Of a DNA stretch of 64,000 nucleotides, positions 1 to 9,039 are shown in pieces. Position numbers and translations under genes: made by a program. The DNA lies in NCBI GenBank assembly GCA_965195345.1, contig OZ239628.1, positions 1,056,001 through 1,120,000 on the forward strand, given 5' to 3'. The stretch comes from an uncultured Thiomicrospira sp. (GTDB taxonomy: Bacteria > Pseudomonadota > Gammaproteobacteria > CAKMZV01). Numbering within the stretch: position 1 is the stretch's first letter; each line of letters begins with the position of its first letter. The notes under the pieces were generated by a model. It saw only the letters and a list, made by a program, of their open reading frames with translations, was not told where the DNA came from and did no database searches.

Positions 1-438
1 AGGGTGCCAAATAATTTGTTCCGCCTCTAACGCAGCATTAATATGACCGATTTCAATATTTCTACACACGCCTCTTGATAATTGATTCACACCTTTGATT
101 ATGCCTTGGGGGCGTGCGGAACAGAATTGTCCACCTATTATTGGCAATAATAGCTTGGCTGATTGGCTGTTAAAAACATACCGCATTTGCTCAAATTTAT
201 ATCGTATCTCCTGCAAATAGGCATCATCTACTACTTTCATTTCAGGTTCAATAGATTCAGTCGTAGGAATTAATATTAGTTTAATGCCAAGATTGTGAAG
301 TAAAGCAAGATCTTCAACTAAACTCGACGGAGTTGAAGTTGTTACAATAGAGTCTGGGATGACTACTACCATTGTTTTATCGCGATGTTCGTGAATATAG
401 GGTAGGGCTTGCCTTAAATAACTAACAATTTTTTCCAT
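1..438 (-). CDS. argA: Amino-acid N-acetyltransferase (N-acetylglutamate synthase), 5' part; runs off the window edge
   Basis: Not in the ORF track. Manual translation from the ATG at 438 gives MEKIVSYLRQALPYIHEHRDKTMVVVIP...LVEDLALLHNLGIKLILI, matching the ArgA N-terminus (PYI-x-HR-x-KTFV ... DIALLHSLGIRL). Open to position 1. Confidence 0.8.
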   Translation of the reverse strand, partial: MEKIVSYLRQALPYIHEHRDKTMVVVIPDSIVTTSTPSSLVEDLALLHNLGIKLILIPTTESIEPEMKVVDDAYLQEIRYKFEQMRYVFNSQSAKLLLPIIGGQFCSARPQGIIKGVNQLSRGVCRNIEIGHINAALEAEQIIWHP

Positions 439-448
439 ATACTGAATT

Positions 449-1345
449 ATGCCAGAACAAGAACCTGAAAAAGTCCAAGAATTGCCACAACAAAATATAA
501 TTGCGCTTGTTTATGATTTTGATGGCACATTGTCTCCTCAGCCAATGCAAGAATATACGGTTTTGCCTGAAATTGATATGGATGCCAATAAATTTTGGGA
601 TGCTGTACAAAAAGAGACCGATAGAACTAAAAGTGAGAAGATGTTAGTTTATATGCGCATGTTAGTTGAGGCGATAGAGGCGAAAAAAATTCATATTTCA
701 CGTGACAAATTCACTGCAATGGGAGGCGATGTAGAGTATTTTCAGGGTGTTAATGAATGGTTCGATAATATTAATGCATACGTGGAAGAAATTTCTAATG
801 GTCGTGTTGAATTGCGCCACTACATTATTTCTGCTGGGTTGAAAGAAATTCTTGATGGCGTGACAATTGAAAATAAATTTCACAAAATATATGCTTCTGA
901 ATACCATTATGATCATCACGGTTGTGCGGTTTATCCTAAATTATTGATCACTGATACGAGTAAGACACAATTTTTGTTTCGCATCAACAAAGGAAAGGAG
1001 GGTGTGATAGATCCTATAAATGATCACATGTCTGAAGATCAACGTCCCATTCCTTTCTCAAATATTATCTATATAGGCGATGGCGATACCGATGTTCCTA
1101 GTATGGCTGTAGTGAAAAAAAACGGTGGTCACGCTTTGGCAGTATACGACTCAACCGAAGCAGAGAAAGGGAAAAAAGGGTATGAATTATGTTGCAGCTT
1201 GCTTAAATCAAATCGAATCGATTTTTTTGCTGAAGCAGACTATAGAGAGAATGAAAATTTAGATAGGGTAATCAAATTGATTTTAGAGTATGTGGTAAAA
1301 AAAATCGAATTTAATTTAATTGTAAATCAAGGAGAGAATCAGTAA
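449..1345 (+). CDS. HAD-superfamily hydrolase
   Basis: Motif I YDFDGTL, motif II IISAG, motif IV YIGDGDTD. Confidence 0.8.
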   Translation: MPEQEPEKVQELPQQNIIALVYDFDGTLSPQPMQEYTVLPEIDMDANKFWDAVQKETDRTKSEKMLVYMRMLVEAIEAKKIHISRDKFTAMGGDVEYFQGVNEWFDNINAYVEEISNGRVELRHYIISAGLKEILDGVTIENKFHKIYASEYHYDHHGCAVYPKLLITDTSKTQFLFRINKGKEGVIDPINDHMSEDQRPIPFSNIIYIGDGDTDVPSMAVVKKNGGHALAVYDSTEAEKGKKGYELCCSLLKSNRIDFFAEADYRENENLDRVIKLILEYVVKKIEFNLIVNQGENQ

Positions 1346-1347
1346 TT

Positions 1348-2367
1348 ATGCCCAATAAATTTCCTAAACCACCGTTTCCTGAAGATATACCTGAGAAAAT
1401 TGGCGTATTGCTGATCAATCTTGGTACCCCAGATGCGCCAACAGCGAAAGCGATAAGACCATATCTTGCTCAGTTTCTGCATGATTGGAGAGTTATAGAG
1501 GTGAGCCGTTGGATCTGGTGCTTAATTCTGCACGGATTTATTTTGCGGATAAGACCTGGAAAAATTGCATCAGCGTATGCAACTATTTGGACAGATGAGG
1601 GGTCGCCGTTACTCGCGATCACTAAACGACAAGCAAACAAATTGTCTAAGAAACTCAGTAATTATGAAGTGGCGTATGCAATGCGTTACGGAAATCCTTC
1701 GGTTTCATTAGCTATGAATTCTTTGCATCGTGCTAACTGTCGTAAATTGCTTGTTCTTCCGATGTATCCTCAGTACTCCAGTGCAACGACTGCTTCTAGT
1801 CTAGATGCAGTATTCGATGAATTAAAGACATGGAGATGGATGCCTGAAGTCAGAACAATAAATTCTTATGCAACCGACCCAAGATACATAAGTGCACTTG
1901 CAAATAGTTTACAACGTGTTTGGAAGAAAGATAAGCCTTTTGAAAAACTGGTTATTTCTTTTCACGGAACACCGGAAAAATTCCGCGATCTTGGAGATCC
2001 TTATTATTATCAATGCAAAGCAACGAGCGAAGCTTTAGCAAAGGCATTGAAATTGCAAGATGATCAGTGGATACTGTGTTTTCAATCTCAGTTTGGCAAT
2101 GATCCATGGATCAAACCATCTACTTCAGGCACCTTGAAATCACTTGGTGAGCAAGGAGTAAAGTCAGTCGATGTTATTTGTCCGGGATTTTCGGCAGATT
2201 GCCTTGAAACCTTAGAAGAAATAGAAGAAGAGAATCGTGAAGTATTTGAAGAAGCAGGTGGTACTCACTTTCGTTATATTCCAGCCCTTAATGACAATGA
2301 TGATCATATTGAAGCATTAGAAAAAATTATTAATAGCCACGTCTTTGGTTGGAATGATGCGTCATAG
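1348..2367 (+). CDS. hemH: Ferrochelatase
   Basis: GVLLINLGTPDAP, AMRYGNPS, LPMYPQYS, SFHG, FSADCLETLEEI. Confidence 0.96.
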   Translation: MPNKFPKPPFPEDIPEKIGVLLINLGTPDAPTAKAIRPYLAQFLHDWRVIEVSRWIWCLILHGFILRIRPGKIASAYATIWTDEGSPLLAITKRQANKLSKKLSNYEVAYAMRYGNPSVSLAMNSLHRANCRKLLVLPMYPQYSSATTASSLDAVFDELKTWRWMPEVRTINSYATDPRYISALANSLQRVWKKDKPFEKLVISFHGTPEKFRDLGDPYYYQCKATSEALAKALKLQDDQWILCFQSQFGNDPWIKPSTSGTLKSLGEQGVKSVDVICPGFSADCLETLEEIEEENREVFEEAGGTHFRYIPALNDNDDHIEALEKIINSHVFGWNDAS

Positions 2368-2372
2368 CTCTA

Positions 2373-2903
2373 ATGATTAAAATAGGTCTAGTTACAGTGT
2401 CAGATCGTGCCAGTAAAGGCGAATACCAAGATATGGGTGGTCCAGCAATGCAAGCATGGTTGAATAAGGTGCTTACGGTACCTTGGCAAGCGGTAAATTG
2501 TGTAGTTAGTGACGATAAGCCCATTGTTGAGGCATGTTTAATTGAGTTGTGTGATCAAGAACATTGCTCGCTTATATTAACCACTGGAGGAACTGGACCT
2601 GCTCCGCGCGATATTACTCCAGAAGTTACGCAATCTGTGTGTGAAAAAATCTTACCTGGTTTTGGTGAGTTGATGCGACAAAAATCGCTTCAACATGTAC
2701 CCACTGCCATCTTATCAAGACAATGTGCGGGTATTCGCAAAAACTGCTTGATTATAAATTTACCTGGAAAGCCAAGTTCGATTTCTGAATGTCTTGAAGC
2801 CGTTTTTCCAGCTGTTCCGTATTGTCTTGACTTGATTGGTGGAGGATACTTAGAAACAGATGCTTCAGTTATTACCAGCTTTAGACCAAATTCAAAAAAA
2901 TGA
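2373..2903 (+). CDS. mog: Molybdopterin adenylyltransferase
   Basis: VTVSDRAS, TTGGTGPAPRDITPE, LIINLPGKP. Confidence 0.95.
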   Translation: MIKIGLVTVSDRASKGEYQDMGGPAMQAWLNKVLTVPWQAVNCVVSDDKPIVEACLIELCDQEHCSLILTTGGTGPAPRDITPEVTQSVCEKILPGFGELMRQKSLQHVPTAILSRQCAGIRKNCLIINLPGKPSSISECLEAVFPAVPYCLDLIGGGYLETDASVITSFRPNSKK

Positions 2904-3715
2904 GAGAAAATATGACAACTAACAAAAATATTGTACTGAGTGAATTGAATGATAACGGTATTCTACGTCTAACCTTAAATGATAGTCAGCGGAGAAATGT
3001 TTTATCCGAATCGATGATAAATGAGCTTACTGAAGCCTTTAATGATGCTAAGAAAAATAATGAAGTACGCGTTATAGTTCTTGCTGCAAACGGTCCCGCC
3101 TTTTGTGCTGGTCATGACCTCAAAGAAATAACTAATGCACGCGCTCAAGAGGACGCTGGACAATCTTATTTCAAAAAAATTCTTAATCTTTGTTCACAGC
3201 TTATGCAAGTGATAGTAAATAATCCTAAGCCAGTTATAGCTGAAGTTGCAGGTATTGCGACTGCTGCGGGGTGTCAATTGGTCGCCAGTTGTGATCTTGC
3301 AATAGCGACACGTGAAGCACGATTTGCCACGCCCGGTGTTCACATCGGACTTTTTTGTTCTACACCAATGGTAGCGCTTTCTCGAAATGTATCCAATAAA
3401 CAGGCCATGGAGATGTTATTACTTGGTGATTTTATTACTGCAGATAGAGCTTGCAGCATTGGATTAATTAACAAAGCAGTAGACCAAAAAGAATTAACTG
3501 TCGAAGTAATGCAAATGGCTGAAAAAATGGCTGCTAAATCTTCTACGACTTTAGCTATGGGTAAGGAAGCTTTCTATGTGCAAAAAGAGATGCCGCTTGA
3601 TGAAGCTTATGTATACGCTTCAAAGGTGATGGTCGCAAATATGCTTAAGGCAGATGCAAAAGAAGGCATTAGTGCATTTATCGAGAAAAGGAAACCTCAA
3701 TGGCAAATTCTTTAA
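2900..3715 (+). CDS. Enoyl-CoA hydratase/isomerase (crotonase family)
   Basis: FCAGHDLKE, ATAAGCQLVASCD, TPGVHIGLFCSTP. The start may be the ATG at 2912. Confidence 0.9.
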   Translation: MRENMTTNKNIVLSELNDNGILRLTLNDSQRRNVLSESMINELTEAFNDAKKNNEVRVIVLAANGPAFCAGHDLKEITNARAQEDAGQSYFKKILNLCSQLMQVIVNNPKPVIAEVAGIATAAGCQLVASCDLAIATREARFATPGVHIGLFCSTPMVALSRNVSNKQAMEMLLLGDFITADRACSIGLINKAVDQKELTVEVMQMAEKMAAKSSTTLAMGKEAFYVQKEMPLDEAYVYASKVMVANMLKADAKEGISAFIEKRKPQWQIL

Positions 3716-5328
3716 GCATTTATGACAGCGGGTTGGATAAAAATCCAGCGAATTATCAACCGCTTACTCCTCTGGTTTTTTTGCAAAGATCGGCTTCTGT
3801 TTATCCTGAACATTTAGCAATAATTCACGGTAGGCAGCGAATTTCGTACCAACAATTTTATAATAGATCACGTCAATTAGCGAGTGCTTTAAGTAAGCGT
3901 GGAATAGGGCGCAACGATACTGTTTCAGTAGTGCATTCGAATACTCCTGCAATGCTTGAGGCGCATTATGGTATCCCAATGAGCGGTGCTGTTCTGCATT
4001 CAATCAACACGCGTCTTGATTCTAAAGTAATGGCTTTCCAATTGGATCATGCTGAGTCGAAAGTAGTTATTGTTGACCGAGAATTCTCTAAGGTTGTAAA
4101 GGATGCTTTGTGCTTGTCTAAAATTGATCCGTTGGTTATAGACTATGATGATTTGGAGTTTCCTCAAGAAAATCAGGCAATAGGAAGTATTGATTATGAA
4201 GACTTTATAGCACAGGGGGAAGAGGATTTCTATTGGAAAATGCCAGAAGATGAATGGGATGCTATATCCGTGAATTATACTTCAGGTACCACTGGTAATC
4301 CCAAAGGGGTCGTATATCATCATCGAGGTGCTTGTTTGCTATCACAAGGAAATGCATTAACAACTTCGATGGTTAAGCATGCGGTTTATCTTTGGACTTT
4401 ACCGATGTTTCATTGCAATGGTTGGTGTTTTACTTGGACTATTAGTGCGATAAATGGCACACACGTTTGTTTGAGACAGGTGAACGCCAAAGCCATTTGG
4501 GACGCGTTGATAGATTTTAAAGTGACGCATTTATGTGGAGCGCCTATCGTGATGCACACCATCCTAAATGCATTAAAAGAAAATGAAAGTCCACTTAATC
4601 ACACTGTTGATTTCTTTACTGCTGCTGCGCCACCGCCTGAACGCGTATTATTTGATATGAACAAAATTGGCTTCAATGTGACTCATTTATACGGACTAAC
4701 TGAAACATACGGTCCTGCTGTCGTCAATGACTGGCATCAAGGTTGGAGTGATTTAGATAGTTCTGAACAAGCACGATTAAAGGCACGCCAAGGAGTACGT
4801 TATCACGCACTGGAATCGCTTGACGTTATTGATCCTAAAACAATGAAGCCAGTACCACGTGACGGTGTCACCTTAGGTGAAGTAATGTTTAGTGGTAATA
4901 TAGTTATGAAAGGCTATTTAAAGAACACTGAAGCAACTAAAGCCGCTTTTTCTGGTGGTTGGTTTCATTCGGGTGATCTTGGCGTTATTCACCCAGATGG
5001 CTATATTCAGCTCAAAGACCGCTCTAAAGACATAATTATTTCTGGTGGGGAAAATATTTCATCAATTGAAATTGAAGATGTTCTATATAAGCATCCAGCG
5101 GTTTCCGTTGCTGCGGTAGTAGCTAAGCAGCATGAGAAGTGGGGTGAGACGCCATGTGCATTTATTGAATGTAGACAAGGAAAGAGTACGAATGCAGAAG
5201 ACATGGAAAAATGGTGCAGACAGCATCTTGCATCCTATAAAGTTCCTCGCACATTTATTTTTATGGAAATCCCTAAGACATCTACAGGCAAGATTCAAAA
5301 ATATTTATTGAGAACTAGTCTCACATAA
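3700..5328 (+). CDS. Acyl-CoA synthetase (AMP-forming), DmdB-like subfamily
   Basis: YTSGTTGNPKG AMP-binding signature, YGLTETYGP, GWFHSGD, DRSKDIIISGGENISS, PKTSTGKIQK; N-terminal ANYQPLTPL. Confidence 0.9.
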   Translation: MANSLSIYDSGLDKNPANYQPLTPLVFLQRSASVYPEHLAIIHGRQRISYQQFYNRSRQLASALSKRGIGRNDTVSVVHSNTPAMLEAHYGIPMSGAVLHSINTRLDSKVMAFQLDHAESKVVIVDREFSKVVKDALCLSKIDPLVIDYDDLEFPQENQAIGSIDYEDFIAQGEEDFYWKMPEDEWDAISVNYTSGTTGNPKGVVYHHRGACLLSQGNALTTSMVKHAVYLWTLPMFHCNGWCFTWTISAINGTHVCLRQVNAKAIWDALIDFKVTHLCGAPIVMHTILNALKENESPLNHTVDFFTAAAPPPERVLFDMNKIGFNVTHLYGLTETYGPAVVNDWHQGWSDLDSSEQARLKARQGVRYHALESLDVIDPKTMKPVPRDGVTLGEVMFSGNIVMKGYLKNTEATKAAFSGGWFHSGDLGVIHPDGYIQLKDRSKDIIISGGENISSIEIEDVLYKHPAVSVAAVVAKQHEKWGETPCAFIECRQGKSTNAEDMEKWCRQHLASYKVPRTFIFMEIPKTSTGKIQKYLLRTSLT

Positions 5329-5381
5329 TTTCCTTAAAAGACAGCAGTGTTAGTGACTTTTCTTAAAGTAGGGCAATAATT

Positions 5382-5416
5382 TTCATACTTTGAGGGTCGC
5401 TTAAGTATAATGCGCC
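5382..5416 (+). promoter_or_regulatory. Sigma70-type promoter with GC-rich discriminator, upstream of tRNA-Leu
   Basis: TTCATA (5382-5387), 18 nt, TATAAT (5406-5411), then GCGCC; this layout is typical of stable-RNA promoters. Confidence 0.6.
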
Positions 5417-5528
5417 TTGTTCGTAAAAAGTTATTCTTAATTGCTCGTTATTGAATAATAACGATAAAGAATGACGTACAAAATATATACGAACAGCACA
5501 CGGCGGTGCTACAAAAAATCTTTACGTA

Positions 5529-5613
5529 GCGGGAGTGGTGAAATTGGTATACACGCTGGATTTAGGTTCCAGTGCCTCACGGCGTGAGAGTTCGAGTCTC
5601 TCCTCCCGCACCA
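5529..5613 (+). tRNA. tRNA-Leu (anticodon TAG)
   Basis: GCGGGAG/CTCCCGC acceptor stem, D-loop TGGTA, anticodon arm CTGGA-TTTAGGT-TCCAG, long variable arm, GTTCGAGTC T-loop, encoded CCA. Confidence 0.97.
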
Positions 5614-5658
5614 TTAATCAAAAGCACAAAGCTTAAGCGATTAAAATCTATAAAAAAA

Positions 5659-6861
5659 TTAGAACCTTTTAGGGATGTCAATTTCCTTTCCGCGAACAAT
5701 CTTACCTGTCTTGTCATACATAGGCAAGGTGCAAAGTGTGCCGTTATTTAGCATGCCATCACTGCATTGAACTTGCACACTATCACCGATTTGAAAATGT
5801 ATGTTATCCATGCGTACAATTGCCACTCCGCATTGTAGATATGGAGAATAAGAACTAGAGCATACTTTCGCAACAGTTTGTTTGTCTATGAGAACACTGC
5901 GACCTAATTCAGCAATGCCATTTTCTGTTTTTAGACCTACAGTGCGTGGATCCTTTGCCGCTTTCAATAATGCTTCTTTGCCAAAGAATTTTGTTTTGTT
6001 AAAGTCGACCAAATGTCCAAGACCTGCATCAAATGGGGTAGTAGTTTCATCAAAATCCGATCCAGCATTGAGCAATCCTGCTTCAATTCGTCTTGTGCGG
6101 AATGCTTCAGCGGAAGTTGGCATTAAATTAAAAGGCGCGCCTGCTTGCAATATTTTTTCTCCAATGGCATCACTGTTATGATGAGGTTCTAAATAGAACT
6201 CCCAACCCAATTCGTTAGTAAAGCCAGTGCGAGTAATAACAACTTCTTCTCCTGCTATTGCTACACGAGCCATGTCAAAATAGTTGAATTTTTCTGGTAA
6301 ACATTTTCTATCTATAGCATTTTCCAGAACCTTGAGAGCATTCGGTCCTTGTACTTGAGAGACCCAAATACCCGTGTCACTTGCCTCAACGTTTAAATTT
6401 TCAGAGTGTGCTTTTATCCACGAAATAACATCGCCATCTCCTTGTGCAAACCAAAATCGATCTTCCTCTACTTGCACGAGTACTCCATCGGTAATCATGC
6501 CTCCATTGTGGTCACAAACAAATTGATAAGAGCATCGTCCTATTTTGTGTTTTCTTATGTCACGAGCAAAAATTAAGTCGCATAATTTCCGAGCATCTTT
6601 TCCACGAATATCAACCGGTAATTCACCGGTATGGCGCATGATGACATTAGTGCGTACTTGCCAATACACTTCATCAGCACTGTAGTTCTCCATTTTATTT
6701 GCAGCAAGCCTTCGGTTATATACCATATATTTTGGTTTATAGGGTAATTCCTGATGGATAAGTGGATGCGGTGCCATTGCACGAGAAAATTCATTGGGAA
6801 CACCGTTTTTTACAGGCATTGCCGATGCATAAATATCTAGATTCTGGAGGAGTTTTGTCAT
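5659..6861 (-). CDS. Aminomethyltransferase (GcvT/DmdA-family) THF-dependent demethylase
   Basis: GGMITDG, QVQGP, TRTGFTNELGWEFY, RRIEAGLLNAGSDFD, TPFDAGLG, YSPYL; no gcvH or gcvP nearby. Confidence 0.85.
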   Translation of the reverse strand: MTKLLQNLDIYASAMPVKNGVPNEFSRAMAPHPLIHQELPYKPKYMVYNRRLAANKMENYSADEVYWQVRTNVIMRHTGELPVDIRGKDARKLCDLIFARDIRKHKIGRCSYQFVCDHNGGMITDGVLVQVEEDRFWFAQGDGDVISWIKAHSENLNVEASDTGIWVSQVQGPNALKVLENAIDRKCLPEKFNYFDMARVAIAGEEVVITRTGFTNELGWEFYLEPHHNSDAIGEKILQAGAPFNLMPTSAEAFRTRRIEAGLLNAGSDFDETTTPFDAGLGHLVDFNKTKFFGKEALLKAAKDPRTVGLKTENGIAELGRSVLIDKQTVAKVCSSSYSPYLQCGVAIVRMDNIHFQIGDSVQVQCSDGMLNNGTLCTLPMYDKTGKIVRGKEIDIPKRF

Positions 6862-6904
6862 ATATCAGTGAGTGCTTAAATATATTTGCTAAGCGACTGA
6901 ATGA

Positions 6905-7705
6905 TTATTTTGCTTCTGCAACAACTCGAAAGCCATCGACAACAAAACCTTGCTGAGGTTTATTCCCTCCGCGGTGTGCAAAGCGCATCATGTGCATCGG
7001 GCAATGATACGAACCACCACGTTTGACTTTAGAAAATCCCTTTTCCGGTCCTTTTGGGTCAACTGCTTGCTTAGCATTGCGTTCATAAGTTTTTGAAGAA
7101 TACCAATCGTCAACCCATTCCCAAACATTTCCAAACATATCGTGCAGTCCAAAGGCATTTGCTTTACGTGTGGCAACTGGATGAGCATGGTCATTTGAAC
7201 TTTCGATAAACCACGCATACTTTTGCATGTCATCGCCTTCGGCTGGGCGAACATCATCATTGCCTCCACGTGCAGCGTATTCCCATTCGGCTTCTGTAGG
7301 CAACCGATAATTGTAGTTCTTATCAAGTTTGCTCAGTTCTTGCGTAAATCGTTTCGCCATAAACCATGAAATATCGCCTACGGGATAGTTTTGCCAGTCC
7401 TTTTTCTTCCAAGTATCACCTGGGCGATTTTCCATAACAGTTAGCCATTGCTGTTGGGTTACTTCGGTTTTACCCATCAAATAAGGTTTGCTAATGACTA
7501 CTCGATGGGCTGGCGTCTCATCGCGCGCCGTGTTTTCATCCGCTTCGGGGAATTCCAATTGGGCATCAACTAAGTCTTTGGTGCCCATATTAAAGTTGCC
7601 AGCTGGAATCTTCACAAATTCCATGCCGATTGTATTTTTTATGGTTTCTATCGCTTGGGAATTGAAACTGATGAGGGCAAATAAAGTAAAGATAATGTAT
7701 TTCAT
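6905..7705 (-). CDS. Exported formylglycine-generating-enzyme (SUMF1/FGE-sulfatase) family protein
   Basis: ETPAHRV, RLPTEAEWEYAARG, NAFGLHDMFGNVWEW, RGGS, GFRV. Start moved to the ATG at 7705 (AGGAGA Shine-Dalgarno, followed by signal peptide MKYIIFTLFALISFNSQA). Confidence 0.88.
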   Translation of the reverse strand: MKYIIFTLFALISFNSQAIETIKNTIGMEFVKIPAGNFNMGTKDLVDAQLEFPEADENTARDETPAHRVVISKPYLMGKTEVTQQQWLTVMENRPGDTWKKKDWQNYPVGDISWFMAKRFTQELSKLDKNYNYRLPTEAEWEYAARGGNDDVRPAEGDDMQKYAWFIESSNDHAHPVATRKANAFGLHDMFGNVWEWVDDWYSSKTYERNAKQAVDPKGPEKGFSKVKRGGSYHCPMHMMRFAHRGGNKPQQGFVVDGFRVVAEAK

Positions 7706-7727
7706 AAGATGTCTCCTTGGTTTTAAA

Positions 7728-8399
7728 TTAAAGTTGCCAATTGATCGGTTTAATGTTTTTAAGTTGCAGGTAGTTATTTGTTTTTGAAAAAGGGGAAGAA
7801 CCGAAAAAACCTCGCGATGCAGATAGAGGAGAGGGGTGCACATCTTTAATAACATAATGTTTTTGATCATCAATGATCGCCCCTTTTTTTTGAGCATATT
7901 TACCCCATAAAATAAAAACGATTTTGTCTCTAAGAACGTTTAATTTTCTAATGACATGATCAGTAAAATCTTCCCAGCCTCTATTTGCGTGGCAGCCTGC
8001 GTTGCTTTCCTCAACAGTTAGGATTGCGTTGAGTAGTAGCACTCCTTGTTTTGCCCAAGGTGTCAAATCGGTCTTTTGATTGTTTATATTTAAATCACTC
8101 TTTAATTCGGCAAAAATATTACGCAACGAAGGAGGCGTAGCATTACCCGATAAAACAGAGAAAGATAATCCATGTGCTTGATTTGGCTGATGATAAGGAT
8201 CTTGTCCAAGAATCACCACCTTTACTTGATTAAAGGGAGTTGTATTGAACGCATTGAACCATAGCTTTGGAGGGGGGTAGATATGAGCTCCTTGTTTGTG
8301 GCGTGCAAGCAAGTATTTTTTAAGATTTTGCATATTTTCGCCTTGCAAATATTCATCAATATGCGGGATCCAAGTTGGATCTAAATCAGTAGTGTTCAC
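7728..8399 (-). CDS. ung: Uracil-DNA glycosylase
   Basis: ILGQDPYH, QAHGLSFSV, QGVLLLNA, HPSPLSA. Start is likely the GTG overlapping the pdxH stop (the ORF track gives TTG at 8423). Confidence 0.96.
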   Translation of the reverse strand: MNTTDLDPTWIPHIDEYLQGENMQNLKKYLLARHKQGAHIYPPPKLWFNAFNTTPFNQVKVVILGQDPYHQPNQAHGLSFSVLSGNATPPSLRNIFAELKSDLNINNQKTDLTPWAKQGVLLLNAILTVEESNAGCHANRGWEDFTDHVIRKLNVLRDKIVFILWGKYAQKKGAIIDDQKHYVIKDVHPSPLSASRGFFGSSPFSKTNNYLQLKNIKPINWQL

Positions 8400-9031
8400 G
8401 GAGATAGTCGGGTAATTTTCCAATCATGATCATTTTGAATGTAGCAAAAACGATCGTGTAAACGATTTTCACCTCCTTGCCAAAATTCCCAATAATACGG
8501 TTTTAATAGATAGCCTTGCCAGTGATCAGGGGTATCTATGGTTTTCCCCTCCCATTTGGAAAGAAGCTCGTGGGAACGAGTTTCAAGCATTTTACGTGAA
8601 GATATAGGCTGACTTTGATGAGACGTAAGCGAACTTATCTGTGCCTCGCGTGGGCGTGATTGAAAGTATTCATGACATTGTTTTCTATCAATTTCACGGA
8701 TATTTCCCTCAATTCGAATTTGACGTTCTAAAGGTTCCCAATAAAAGAGTACAGCCACTTGAGGGTTTTGTCTAAGCTGATTGGCTTTTCTACTACGGGC
8801 ATCCGTAAAGAAAATCAAATTTTCATTTTCAATTTTTTTTAGCAGTACAGTGCGCGAAGAAATGCGTGCGTTTTCATCACAGGTTGCAAGACTCATTGCA
8901 TTGAAATTATTAACTTCTTTTTGTGCCTCACTCAGCCATTCATGCAATTGAGCAAATGGATTACTGGATAAATTTTCCCTATGTAAATGTTCTCGTGTAA
9001 ATTCATGCCTAGTTCGATAATCAAAAGACAT
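8396..9031 (-). CDS. pdxH: Pyridoxine/pyridoxamine 5'-phosphate oxidase
   Basis: AMSLAT, RTVLLK, ERQIRIEG, YFQSRPR, EFWQGGENRLHDR. Confidence 0.95.
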   Translation of the reverse strand: MSFDYRTRHEFTREHLHRENLSSNPFAQLHEWLSEAQKEVNNFNAMSLATCDENARISSRTVLLKKIENENLIFFTDARSRKANQLRQNPQVAVLFYWEPLERQIRIEGNIREIDRKQCHEYFQSRPREAQISSLTSHQSQPISSRKMLETRSHELLSKWEGKTIDTPDHWQGYLLKPYYWEFWQGGENRLHDRFCYIQNDHDWKITRLSP

Positions 9032-9039
9032 GTTACTAT

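Noticed and set aside
5412-5509. Hairpin as SRP (4.5S) RNA, 6S RNA or an intrinsic terminator
   Set aside because: No SRP helix-8 motif, too short for 6S RNA, and no U-tract after a compact GC-rich stem.
5529-6861. tRNA-Leu as the integration site of a genomic island
   Set aside because: No integrase and no duplicated tRNA 3' end noticed; housekeeping genes resume within about 2 kb.
6905-7705. FGE/C-type-lectin-fold protein as a diversity-generating retroelement target
   Set aside because: No reverse transcriptase in the window, and I saw no adenine-variant template repeat of its 3' end.
7706-7897. N-terminal extensions in the ORF track (FGE to 7897, ABC ATPase from 22889, bamE to 28465, yhdP from 41353, LysE to 38517)
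   Set aside because: Most overlap neighbouring genes, and downstream ATGs fit better with signal peptides, stop/start overlaps, family N-termini or Shine-Dalgarno sites.
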